Assembly (NCBI RefSeq): GCF_018350175.1
Contig: NC_058368.1
Coordinates: forward strand, 187,800,001 to 187,864,000
Source: Felis catus
Lineage: Eukaryota
Direction of reading: 5' to 3'
Length of the DNA stretch: 64,000 nt
The stretch's first letter is position 1, and each line of letters starts with the position of its first letter. Positions 39,010 to 51,567 of this stretch are shown here, one piece after another. A model generated the notes under the pieces. It did no database searches. It was not told the origin of the DNA and saw only the letters and a program-made list of their open reading frames with translations. Made by a program: the position numbers and the translations under genes.

Positions 39010-39952
39010 ATTTTTGAGAGATAGAACAAGCAAGTGTGGGAGAGGCAGAGAAAGAGGGAGACATAGAATCTGATGCAGGCTCCAGGCTCTGAGTTGTCAG
39101 CACAGAGCCTGGCCTGGGGCTCAAACCCACCAGCTGTGAGATCATGACCTGAGCCGAAGTTGGACACTTAACTGATTGAGCCACCCAGTCGCCCCAGTGT
39201 TTCACTTTTTTAAACCAGCTTAAATTGGTTACCAGCATTCACAAATGGGTAACCACTTTTTACCACTCCCTGTTTCACTCTTCAGTAAATCTGTCTAGGT
39301 CCTTCTCGGTGTAGGCCATTTCCTACAAAGCTCATTGCCTGGTCACTAATCCACTGTGATTTCTTCCCTCTCAGGTCTGTAGTTTCTTTTGGCAACAAGT
39401 ATTACATTCTGGTCTTGCCTACTGAAGTTGGGTTCTAGGACTGAGGCTTGGCTTTATACTGTGAATAATTAGCATAGTTGTATCTGAATATAGATTTTGT
39501 GCTTAGTGGTACTTGAAGTGCATTTGTTGGCATTTCTGCTTAAGTAGGACAAATTTTTGTTTTTAAGTAGGCTCCGCATCAGTGTGAGGCTTGAACTTAT
39601 GACCCTGAGATCGAGAGTTGCGTGCTCTACTGACTGAGCCAGCCAGGTGCCTCCAATTTTTCTTTTTTATGTACCTTCTTTGCTTAAATGTTTTGGTGGA
39701 GTTGAGGTGAACTAAATTTAAGATTATACCTTTTAGAAACTAATTAAAAAAATTTTTTTAATGTTTATTTATTTTTGAGAGACAGAGCGCAAGTGGGGAA
39801 GGGGCAGAGAAAGGGAGACACAGAAGCCGAAGCAGGCTCCAGGCTCTGAGCTGTCTGCACACAGCCCGATGCGGGGCTCGAACTCACAAACTGCGAGATC
39901 ATGACCTAAGCAGGAGTCGGGCGCTTAACCGACTGAGCCACCCAGGTGCCCC
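39010..39952 (-). mobile_element. Three antisense Can-SINEs (39010-39195, 39555-39654, 39752-39952)
   Basis: Canonical bodies and heads. Confidence 0.88.
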
Positions 39953-40639
39953 AATTAATTTTTAAAACCTTTTTATCTTAAAATAATTTCAAACACAGCA
40001 GAGAACTCTTATAATAAGCCCTTTATCTAGATTCACTAATTTTTTAGCATTTTGCCATGTTTGCTTTATTATTCTTTAAATGTATTTTTTTCTTGAACTA
40101 TTTTGAGAGTACGTTGCATACATCATTGTCCTTTACCTGTTAATACTTGTGCATTTATTTCTTAAATCAATATAGTTTTCAAATCCAGGAAACATTCACA
40201 GAGGACTTTAATTTGCAGCCCATATTTCATTTTGTCAATTTTCCCAATAATGTCCTTTAAAGCTTTTTTTCCTCCTCCAGTAAATGACCATGTATTGCAT
40301 TTAGTTGCCATATAATATAGTCTACATGTAATAGGGACTTTTCCTCAATATTGGTTTGTCTGATAGTTGCTTACATGAGGTTCAAGCTATACAGGCAGGG
40401 CGGTGTTCTCAGGGCACCACGTCTGCAGGCACATAATCCTTATTTGCCCTCATTGGTGCTGTTCACTTGGATTGTCCTCAGGTCAAGGTATTGTTCTGTT
40501 ATTCCTCAGTGTAGTGACTCCTTCCCTTGCACTAATCATTGCATTACTACCATGAAAATATACTGCTCATCAAACTTTTCCCTTCTGTATTAGGTAGATA
40601 TATAATTAAAAATTCTTTTTAAATTTTAAAAGGCGCCTA

Positions 40640-41125
40640 TTGTGTTCCATCCTAACCAGTTTTAAGTGTGTAGTTCCATAACTAGTGTTAAGTAGGTTCA
40701 CGTTGTTGTGAAACAGATCTCCAGAACTTTTAAGTCTTCTAAAACTAAAACTCTAGACCCATGAAATAACTCCCCATTTCCCCTTCCCCCAGCCCCTGAC
40801 AACCACCATTCTACTTTGTTTCTCTGAATTTGACTGACTTAGATGTCTTATAGTGGAATCATATGGTATCTGTTTTGACTTATTGCACTTAGCATAATGT
40901 CAAGGTTTATCTTTATCTATGTTGTAATATGTGACAATTTACATTTTAAGGCTGAATAATATTCCATCGTATGTACATACCGCATTTTATTTACCCATCT
41001 GTCTTTTGATGGGCACTTGGATTGTTTCCACTTCTTAGCTATTGTGAATAATGCTGCTATGAACACAGGTGTGCAATTATCTCTTTGAGACCCTGTTTTC
41101 AGTTATTTTGGATATATACCCAGAA
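40640..41125 (-). mobile_element. L1MA-type 3' fragment
   Basis: cccagcccctgacaaccaccattctact...ttttggatatatacccaga. Confidence 0.82.
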
Positions 41126-42339
41126 CTGTGTGTACAGGCGTGAAGTTTTAATTTTGGGGGGCTTAGAGGCACATTTTTATTTTGTAAAATTTTCTGTTGT
41201 GTACAGCTTATTAATTTCATTTGTCCTAAGATTAAATTTTGACATGATAACCAATCTCCAGAGATGTAATGTGAACCCAAATCGTGCTTTACAGTTTCCT
41301 CCTTTATGAGTTAGCCTGTTGCTAATTTAAGGAAGAAGTGATTTCTGAAAACATCTACTTGACTTGAAATAAATCAGGATTATTATTTTTCAAGTGGTTA
41401 ACTGCATATAATTTTTTCCTACTGTAGATTCCTTAAGAGAACATAATTCTGGGAAGGAAAAGTTTATTTTTGTTTTCTGTTTATTGGAGGGAGGTCTGGT
41501 TCAGCCAGAACACTGGGGTCTGTCTCAGCTAACCTCCTGAATTATTTTCTGAGTGTTGAATTCCTCGGGACCCCTGTTTGCTTGCCTAAAATAGTAATAC
41601 CTTAGTTTTTTGTTTCTTTATTTTTACTGTACAATGTTTTTAAAAGAATTTCCTCCTACAGTTGGAGCTTGGCAACCAGAATTTGAAGGAAGAAAATGAG
41701 AATCAGTTGTGCACTGTTAAACTGTTGTAAACAGGAAGGAAAAGAGTATAATCCTAGGTCAGAGATGAGGTGATTGAGGTTGCTGTGAAGTTAATGCAGA
41801 TAAACAAAATACCGGCATTTAAAAAACACTTTCAGAATAAGAGGTAAGAGTTGTTGGTAAACATTTTTTGCTTTGTTTGAAGTGTTCCTGTGGAAAGGGA
41901 ATTTGAATGATAATTTTTACTCTAAGAAGTGATGCCTAATTTAGGTATAGGATTGATTGGTAATGCTAGAAATCTTAAGCAAGCAAATATCATAATTTTA
42001 TTAGTGGGTGATTAAGAGCTTCATTTAGTCAAAGCTAGAATCCTCCATGGAATTCAGACCTCTAAAGTAGAACCCAAATATTAGAAAACATTCTTATCAT
42101 TCCTCTAATAGTCACATTTTGAATTTTGCTGTATTAAATACTTTATATTACATTGGTTTCACCTTTACATTAGCTGAGGATACTTTTCCTTTCTTTCTTG
42201 CCTTGACACAAAATAACAAGCACCAGTATTCTCCCTCCTCAAGATTTAAAACTTAATTTTATAGATTCACAGGAATTTGCCAAGATAGTTCAGAGAGGTC
42301 TCTGGTGTACTTCACCTGGTTTTCCTCGGAAGCTATTTT

Positions 42340-43040
42340 TATTTTTTAAAAAAGTTTTTAAAAGATTAAAAACCAAATTTTTTTTAAAGTTTATTTTGAG
42401 AGAGCTGCTTAGGTGGGGAAGGGGCAGAGGGAGAGAGAGAATCCCAAGCAGACTCTGATAGTGCAGAGCCCGATGCAGGACTCAAACTCACAAACCACGA
42501 GGTCATGACCTGAGCTGAAGTTAGGTGCTGAACCGACTGAGCCACCCAGGCACCTCTTTAAAAGATTTTTTTGTTTTTATTATTAATTTCTTTAAAAGAT
42601 TTTTTAAGCGATCTCTATACCCAACATGAGGCTCGTGACTGAGCCACCCAGGCACCTCTTTAAAAGATTATTTTTATTTTTATTATTAATTTCTTTAAAA
42701 GATTTTTAAAGTAATCTCTGTACCCACCATGAGGCTCAAACTCACAATCCTGAGATCCAAAGTCACATATTCCACCAACTGAGCCAGCCAGGTGCCCCAG
42801 TAGCTTTTTTTTTTTTTTTTCTTAATTTTTTTTAAAGGTTTACTTATTTTTGAGAGCGAGAGAGAGCGAGTGAGCAGGGGAGGGGCAGAGAGAGAGGGAG
42901 ACACAGAACCTGAAGCAGAATCCAGGCTGTCAGCTGTCAGCACAGAGCCCACTGCAGGGGCTTGAACTCACAGGCCATGAGATCATGAGCTGAGCCAAAG
43001 TTGGAATACTTTACTGACTGAACCAGCCAAGGTACCCAGG
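42340..43040 (-). mobile_element. Cluster of antisense Can-SINEs with an internal ~100-bp tandem duplication
   Basis: Several SINE heads; flanking agctattttt. Confidence 0.88.
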
Positions 43041-43540
43041 AGCTATTTTTAATTAAGCTATAATACCTGAATATTTTTCCTTTAGAGTTTTTGGGTAGTG
43101 GTTAAAGATTACTGAAAATAGGTAAGGGTTAGGATGAGTCCCTGATACATTAATACCTTCGTGCTGCACAAAGAAGGGGCGAGGAAAAGAGGAAAGATGC
43201 TTTGTGTTTTATTTATTACTCAAGTATTTGTGAAAAGTTCTTTTAGAAAAAGCTCAGGCAAGGGATGTTAGTCAGCCTTCCACCTCTCCGTGATTGAAGT
43301 CTTCCTCTGCTGAGGTCACCCTTTGAACACTCAAAGGAGACCTAAATACCTTCACCTTAGAAAAAGCGAAAGCAAAAGTTCTTGTTAAAAATTTAAATTC
43401 TGCTTTCCACCCTAGGGGAGGGTCTTAGGATTGTCTTGTGGCAAGGGCTTAGGAATCTCCATTTTCAACCACCACAGAGTATTATGTTGCAGATTTTGAG
43501 AAATTAGATTTTGTGATTTTTTTTTTTTTTAAGACATGAC

Positions 43541-43654
43541 CTTTTTTTTTTTTTTTTTTTTTTTTTAATCCATGCCCAACCTGAGGCTTGAACTCATGAC
43601 TCTGACTGAGATCAAGAGTCACATGCTCTACTGACTGAGCCAGCCAGGTGCCCC
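43541..43654 (-). mobile_element. Short Can-SINE with a long T tail
   Basis: gactgagccagccaggtgcccc. Confidence 0.85.
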
Positions 43655-46451
43655 AAGAGGGTATAGTTTTGTAGCTACTTTATATTCTTACTAAGGTTAC
43701 AGTATCGTAAATTAGTGGTTTTCAAACTTTTGAGCATAGTTACAAATATATTTTATGTGAGCATATGTATATACATACATAGATGAAACGGATTCATTGC
43801 AGTTTCATATACTTACACTCTGATTTTAAAAATTTAAATCATAGTTGTGATCCTAGAAATTGATATCTCAACCAGCATCTCCACCCTTAGTTACTAAGTG
43901 TTGCCCATGTTAGGGAGACAACTGAGATGGAGTGGTACGTTGATACCCCTTTTCTTCTTAAAGTGATTTAATCTTTCTGGTCCTTTGAGAAAGTTTCCTT
44001 AACAAATATTTTTCTGCTTTTGCCAATCATGCACCACTCACAGTTATCAGCTTGGCTCCCCCCCACCCCCACACCCTCTTTCGGTGCCATATTACACAAT
44101 GAAGTGCCTTCCTGTGTTAGTAAAAAAAAACATTTAATGCTTGTATTTTATATGCTTAAGAGGGAGAGGTGAGGGAAAAACCCCAGGTATGAAATTAATG
44201 TTTTTATTAAACTCTGAGGAAAAATATCAGATTCCACAGCTTATTTGATATAAAGTTCTAAAATAATTGGCTAGATCATCCCACTTTGAGATTATAAATT
44301 AAAGTTATAGAAATGTTCCTTAAGTCTAGTAAATTAGTTGAAAATAGGATCAAATTAATTAAATGAAGTAAATTTTAGGCAAGAAAAATGGCTGACATTT
44401 TCCTGTTAATCCTTACCTGAATCCTTAGTGGTAGGAAATAGTGTTACCCATTTACACAAAAAATTTATCTAGTGAGGTTTAGTAACACCTATGGATATAG
44501 AGTTGGTAAGAACAGGTGTGAAAGTTTACCTCAGACATTAGGATGATTATGGTTTTAGTTATGCCTAATAAAGGAATGGCATGTTTTTTTTGTTCCACTG
44601 TGAAAACACCATGTGAGAGTGCAGGGGGGCAAAATGATAGCTTCTTAAATGGTAGAAATTTTATTGCTAATACCAGTTGTGGTTCTCACCTTAGATAAGT
44701 TACATTGTTTTATATAGCTCTATGTTAAAATCCAAGAATCACCTGTCTTGTTCTGTCATCTTGAAAAAGTGGTCATTGAGCATATAAGAGAACAGGCTAA
44801 ATGCCCAGAGTGCCTTGCAAGTAAATAGGAAGCCAACATTAAGTACCAGATACTAGAATAGAAAGCCACTTGGCAGAGTCTGATAGAGGAGAGTGTCCTT
44901 TGTGGATTAGCCCAGATTCAAATTTGTCCGACCCTAGGTAAAAGCTTGCCTCTTCCTTTGTAGTTTGTAAGTATTTCTCTCAAACTGTTGGTTTGTGGTC
45001 ACCAAATAGAAGACTTCAGGAAGAAAATGATTTGGGTGTTAGAACCAGATAGAACTTAGTGGTGTTGGCTCTTAACTGTATCCCTGTCCGCGTTTGGGTG
45101 TGTTTATAGTCCTAAGAATGTAATCTCAACATTTCTTCCCAACAGAGATATTCTGAACTCTTTGGGGGACATAAGGACATTTTAGAGAGTAGAGAGTATG
45201 AGAACCAAGACTCATTCTCATGAAAAACAGACATGTAAAACATTTGCATCTTATGAGTTCAGGCTGCCTGAAGCCGGTCCGTGGGTTCTAAGCACCTCTG
45301 CCTTAAAGGATTGATATTAGAATTCTATTCACTGGTATTCAAACAGCATCAAATAGTGCTTAAAAGTAATGTGTTAACATGTATATGATGACATTTTTTT
45401 GGTAGTGTGACTTTATTTTTATGTGCAGGAGTCTGAGTGTGGCAAGTTTAGCTTTAAGAGTTCTTGATGTTTAGCCCAGGAGGATTAAACCACAGTGATT
45501 TCTAAGTCTACATGAGAAACAAGGTTATGTTGACCCCTGTTTTATTAGAAACGGAGAATTGTAAAGATTCGTGTTCTGTACCAGGGCTTTGCAAATTTGG
45601 TCGGGACCAGTTTTAAAATCCATGTAATGTGTCATATTACATAATATGAGGTTAAAAGTATTTAGTGAAACTGTGGCATAAGTGTCTATTTATATATGTA
45701 TACATGCATATATACATAAATGTTTTAGATTGCAGTGTGAAAATATTTTTTTAATGTGTGATGTGTGTTTTAAACAGTTAGAAAGCCACAGCTCTACACC
45801 TGTCTGCTTGTGTGCTAACTTGAGCATCTGAATGTCTCATATTTTTATGATTTTGCGGGGCAGGAGGTAGATGAAGGGCTGAAGAGTTAGGGTGCATGAG
45901 TTAAAGGAGCACAGCTGTCTTTGAGTCTTTAGTGATTAAACAAAGTTGAGATGGGGTTTTACTGATTCAGTGTTTTGGGATAGTTAAGGCTGAATTTGTT
46001 TTGTGAAGCTTTTGAAAGCTCATATAACCAGAGAGAGATATGTATGTTGCAGATTCATAGTCGCATTTACTAGACTTGTCCGTAGTCCAGCGAATGTAAT
46101 ATCAAATGTCATTTCATATTAAGCTACCTGATAGAATGAATGCCTTTCTGATTCAAGACTGAAAGGTCTATTTTAAATAATCTCAGTTATTCTGGCACTG
46201 CTTAGAACAATCGTTTGAGTTTATACCTAGACATATAATCTGTTTAGCCCTAAGATATGGGACCAATGAAAAATTGAAGGGCTTTGGGATTTTGGGGGTG
46301 AGGTGGTCAGTTGGTATTTGTTTTTATTCTTTAATATGAAATAGTTTTCAGGAAAGCCATACAAACAAACATTAGGTGTTGTTGCAGTTTAAGAAACTGA
46401 ATCTTAGACACTTACTTAATGACTTCTTTTTTTCTTTCATTTCTTTCCAAG

Positions 46452-48135
46452 GTTTGGGCCCCATGGGATCCCTGTGACAGTATTTCCCAAAAGGGAATAT
46501 AAGGACAAACCTGAAGCCATGCAGCTCCAAAGTAATACATTCCAAGAAGGGACGGAAGTCAAGCGTGAAGTGAACGGTGCTGTTCCTGATGACCCTTCTT
46601 CAGTCTCGCCTCCCGAGCCGAGCCTGGCTGAAAGCCTGTGGACTTGCAAACCACCACCTCTCTTCCATGAAGGAGCACCTTATCCTCCCCCTTTGTTTAT
46701 CAGGGACACATATAACCAGTCAATACCTCAGCCACCTCCTCGGAAAATCAAGCGACCCAAACGAAAAATGTACAGGGAAGAGCCTACTTCAATAATGAAT
46801 GCTATTAAACTACGACCCAGGCAAGTCCTGTGTGACAAATGTAAAAACAGTGTTGTTGCTGAAAAAAAGGAAATTAGAAAAGGTAGCAGTGCAAGTGACT
46901 CTTCTAAATACGAAGACAAGAAACGGAAAAACGAAAGTGTAACTACTGTGAACAAAAAACTGAAAACTGACCATAAAGTGGATGGGAAAAACCAAAATGA
47001 AAGCCAGAGAAGAAATACTGTGGTTAAGGTTTCCAGTATTGCTCACAGCAGAGGCAGAGTAGTCAAAGTTTCTGCTCAGGCAAATACATCAAAAGCTCAG
47101 TTAAGTACTAAAAAAGTGCTCCAGAGTAAGAACATGGATCATGCAAAAGCTCGGGAAGTGTTGAAAATTGCCAAAGAAAAGGCACAGAAGAAGCAGAGCG
47201 AAACCTCTACATCCAAAAATGCACACTCAAAAGTCCATTTCACACGTCGATATCAGAGTCCTAGCTCAGGTTCCCTTCCACCCCGGGTTCGTTTAAAACC
47301 ACAGAGGTACAGGAATGAAGAGAATGACTCTTCTTTGAAGACAGGACTTGAGAAAATGCGGAGTGGCAAGATGGCACCCAAGCCCCAGTCTCGCTGCACC
47401 TCCACCCGCTCAGCAGGTGAGGCCCCTTCAGAAAATCAGAGTCCCTCAAAAGGCCCCGAAGAGGCCAGCAGTGAGGTTCAGGACACCAATGACGTGCTTG
47501 TGCCTGGTGAGCGGGATGAACCACAGACACTGGGCAAAAAGGGCAGCAAAAGCAGTATCTCTGTTTACATGACCCTAAATCAAAAGAAACCTGACTCTTC
47601 TAGTGCTTCCGTGTGTAGCATTGATAGCACAGATGATTTGAAATCCTCCAACTCTGAGTGTAGTTCTTCTGAAAGCTTTGATTTTCCTCCAGGCAGTATG
47701 CATGCACCTTCCACCTCCTCCACTTCCTCCTCTTCAAAGGAAGAGAAAAAGCTCAGTAATTCCTTGAAAATGAAAGTCTTTTCCAAAAACGTCTCTAAAT
47801 GCGTCACACCAGATGGCAGGACCATATGTGTAGGGGACATTGTTTGGGCCAAGATCTATGGCTTTCCTTGGTGGCCAGCCCGTATTCTTACTATAACTGT
47901 GAGCCGGAAAGATAGCGGCCTTTTAGTCCGACAGGAGGCCCGTATTTCATGGTTTGGGTCTCCAACAACCTCTTTTCTTGCTCTTTCGCAACTCTCCCCC
48001 TTTTTAGAAAACTTCCAGTCACGCTTTAATAAGAAGAGAAAGGGCCTGTATCGCAAGGCTATCACAGAGGCGGCTAAGGCTGCCAAGCAGCTGACCCCTG
48101 AAGTGCGGGCTCTGTTGACACAGTTTGAAACGTGA
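46452..48135 (+). CDS. PWWP2A: PWWP2A coding exon 2, long isoform (internal region, Ser-rich stretch, C-terminal PWWP domain); spliced CDS 584+1684=2268 nt, 755 aa
   Basis: Polypyrimidine tract and acceptor ttctttccaag|GTTTGGG; junction reads LSKRFGPHGIPVTVFPK; PWWP signature VGDIVWAKIYGFPWWPARI; TGA at 48133-48135. Confidence 0.97.
47414..47422 (+). other. PWWP2A: Internal alternative 5' splice site within PWWP2A exon 2 (CAG|GTGAGG)
   Basis: Near-consensus donor at ...TRSA-G; phase matches both distal exons. Confidence 0.85.
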
Positions 48136-48454
48136 ACATGGACAGTAAGGTAGGCAAGAACCATCGGAAGGCGCCACAGATTTTCTAGTCTAGTTAGGAG
48201 TAACTTCTACAAAATAGCTTGGCCAAATCGGAGAGAGAAATTGTACTCAGTTGGCTGCTTTTTTTATACTTACCTTATAGCCATTTTTAGACTGAGAAGC
48301 TAAAATTGAACAAGCAATCAATTTGTCTTAAGGAAGTGAGATTTCAGCAGTATTTTTCAGTTTTGAAGTCGAACCATCCCAAGGCATAGGAGCCATAGCC
48401 TCAACTGAAAATGAATTTTTGCAGGGACTGTTAATTGCCATTTGTACCTTGTAC

Positions 48455-48553
48455 TGTATGTGTGTATATTTATATATATATACACACGCATACATATATG
48501 TGTGTATATGCATACATACATATATACATACATACACACATACACATATATAT

Positions 48554-48586
<33 letters not shown>
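48455..48586 (+). repeat. Compound (TA/CA/TG)n microsatellite in the long-isoform 3' UTR
   Basis: Seen directly. Confidence 0.95.
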
Positions 48587-48587
<1 letters not shown>

Positions 48588-49187
48588 GATAGAGCCTGTC
48601 ACTATGTGACACAGGTTGCATATTTGGGATTGCAGTAAGGGCTGGTGAGCTGGGGGCGGGGGGTGGTAATAGTGTGGATATTTAATGACGTCTTGTTTTT
48701 AACTAATGAACACTTAGCCTTTCTATGTGCATAATGGCGCAAGAGTTTGATACTTAGGTGTTTGACAGACTGAGATGCTTGCTATTCAGTTGCAGACTGG
48801 GGAAAGAGCCCGGTATTTGGGGTTAAGACTTTCAAGGCTGACTAGGTTTTTGAATCATCACTCTCTTTTGTCCAATGGGGATTTAACAAAAACTTTCAAA
48901 TTTCTGGTTTGGGAGTTTAGGTAGGTTTATCTTTGGATGTGTAAATAGTTGATTGCTAAATTTGGTCAGATTTCTCCTGACTGGCTGTTCCTAAATTCTT
49001 AGGATACGTCCTGGTAAATTACACTTTGTGAATTAATTGTCATATGTGTAATTGTTGCATTTTGGATGTACCTAATTTGATAATTTTTAAAAGATATTTC
49101 CGTTTAAGGTATCTGTTTGCAGGTCAGAAAATGAGAAAATGTAATTGTGTAATGCTCTGAAATGTAAAAAAAAAAAAAAAATCTGTA

Positions 49188-49193
49188 AATAAA
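49188..49193 (+). terminator. Proximal polyadenylation signal (AATAAA)
   Basis: AATAAA preceded by TGTA motifs and followed by TTTGTGTGTGTTT. Confidence 0.65.
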
Positions 49194-50268
49194 ATCGACT
49201 AAATCCAAATTATTTGTGTGTGTTTCTCAAAAAGCTTTGAAAAATTTCAAGATGGTAGAAAATTATTTGTTAGTGTGTAGAGGAGATGAAAAAGATCAAA
49301 CTTTTATTTTCCTATTTGTCCTATCAGAGAAAATATCTGAGTATAGATGAAATTCAAGTAAGTTATCCTCATAATCTTAAAATGAAGTTTTATAGCATAT
49401 AGGTCTGATGTGCTTCTAGATTTGAGACACTCTTCCCGCCAATTTCTCATAAACGTGTGGGGTTAATTTTCCTCATTTTTAGCCTTAATATTTCATCACA
49501 TGGTTCTTGTAATTACAACCAGTCTCTCTTCCACCTGGTCTTCTGCCTCAGGTATCCTTGCTTTTGGGGCTAATTTAGATCACTATTTTTCTACATGGTC
49601 CATGTAGATTTAACTTTCCATTTTTAGCTTTTCATTGTTAGTGAAAAATAGATCTGATTGCCAGTGGAGGCAAGTTTATCCCAAGACTTTTCAAGTTGCT
49701 TTCATTTTTTTGTGTGTGTCTAACTTACTTTTAAATTTGATGCAATGTCAATTTGACATGGAAAATTGAAAATTTTAAGTAGAGCAACTTTTTGTGTAAT
49801 TCTAAGTAATCCAATTTGAAATCTTTTAGTTACCTATGGAATTAATGGAGATTAAAATCCATAATCTGTCAGCTTCCATAAGGTTATGGACTTCTATGAT
49901 TTATGCACTGATTTCTGCAAAAGCAAGTAGAATTTCTTCTGGGGAACTCAGTCAATGCTTTTTGATTATAATAAACACACAATTGAAAAAAACAATGTTG
50001 CACTTGAATAGAACATATTCTTTCCTGCAAACAGAAACAACTATACTATTTTTAAAATTCTTTGATTATAACAGGTTGAAAGACGTTCACAGCATGATTG
50101 AGGGGTTTTAAGGAATTAAAATATTTTTTGGGGTATTTGTTTCAGATTAATGAATTTGTTCATTCAGATATTTTTGAAAGTTTGAAATCTAAGGTTCAGA
50201 AAGATTTAAACAGGGCAAAGCAAAAAGTCCCTTAAAATATGTAATTTCAAGGCTTCATGTAATGATCC

Positions 50269-50324
50269 AGGTGAGTTTTATCTTTTTTTTTTTTTTTTTT
50301 TTTTTTTTAGGTGAGTTTTATCTT
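50269..50324 (-). mobile_element. Solo poly(A) retroinsertion with a 16-bp TSD
   Basis: aggtgagttttatctt - T24 - aggtgagttttatctt; TT|AAGA L1-endonuclease-type site on the minus strand. Confidence 0.85.
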
Positions 50325-51567
50325 AACGCAGTGGGTTTGACTGTGAATATTGCTAATAAATAGAAGCTTTGGCAAATGTGCTCTGGTTGCATAAACCGAA
50401 TTTGATTTATTTTAGAAGCCATGGAGAAAAAGAGTAACAAAGTCCTGGTTGTTGAGTAAAATAACATCCAATTTTATGTAGTCCATAGCACTGAGGGAAA
50501 GGTTGAAATATAATCAGTAATGTGCATGATCTCTAATTATCTTGCCAAATACTCCCTCTGTTTTAAACTGTGGCACATTTCATTTGAAGTTTCCATAGGG
50601 GAAGAAACTTTAAAGAACTGCTTAATCTTAAAATCTGTATATTCTAAACACTAACCCAACAGCTGCATAGTAGTGTTTCATTCAAATGGAGATTAAAAAA
50701 AAATTTGAGTATAGTTGACACACAGTGTTACATTAGTTTCAGGTGTACAGCATAGTGATTCATTTTCTCTGTACGTTATACCAAATAGAAATTTCTTAAA
50801 CAGCTTAATGTATCCAGTAGAGATGGAGATAGAGTTGAATTGGATCATTGTAGCCATTTTCCTTTTACATTTTTCTTTAAAGTGGTCAAGAAGGAGGCAT
50901 GTACTCTTTGTATGGAGATAACCAAAAGTGGTTTTTTCCCCTGGCAGAGAGAAAACTAGGCTTAGGCCAAATCACATCTCCAGTGGTCTAAAAAAAAGTG
51001 GCTTAGAATAAAGGATTAACAAGGGGAGAAACCAAGTAAAAATAAGAGGTGTAACAGCGAAAGATGTCTTTATTTCTAGAATTGGTCAGAAATTTAAAGC
51101 ATCAGAGTATTTTTCTCTAGTTTCCCAGAACAGCCAAGTGTTAATCTAAAAGGGGTATCTTTTCGACTCATTTATAGATGTGGAACCAGAGATCAGCAAA
51201 ATAGGGAAAGTAGAATTCATTAGTCTGGAGCCCACTCCTATGACTTGATGGACATGTATGTCCTATGTGCTTTTGAAGGGAAAAATCTATGAATAGTAAC
51301 TTTAAGTTCATACTAAGTAGAATAGACAAGAATATAGGTATGAAGATAGACTGCAGGCAAAGAAAATGAAAGTGCTACCAAAATCAATTAAATGTGTGTC
51401 TTCATTAGTGGGTTTGAGTTTCTAACTTACAAAATATTGACTTGCACCCCTATTTTGAACAGGTCATACTTAACGTTGGTTATGTTGAAGGAAAGATACA
51501 CATTTGCATTCCTTTACCTACATATACAAGTCCTTTATATAGAATAACTGAATTGGGAATTAGAAAA

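Larger units (their letters stand above)
48136..49215 (+). other. PWWP2A: 3' UTR of the long (PWWP-containing) isoform
   Basis: AT-rich, free of recognisable transposons; AATAAA at 49188-49193 followed by a GT/T-rich downstream element; the end coordinate is inferred. Confidence 0.7.

Noticed and set aside
38757..39167. EGRK-repeat ORFs (also at 2606 and 13047)
   Set aside because: Microsatellite translations
46474..48135. 553-aa ORF as a stand-alone gene starting at GTG
   Set aside because: It is exon 2; the acceptor lies at 46452
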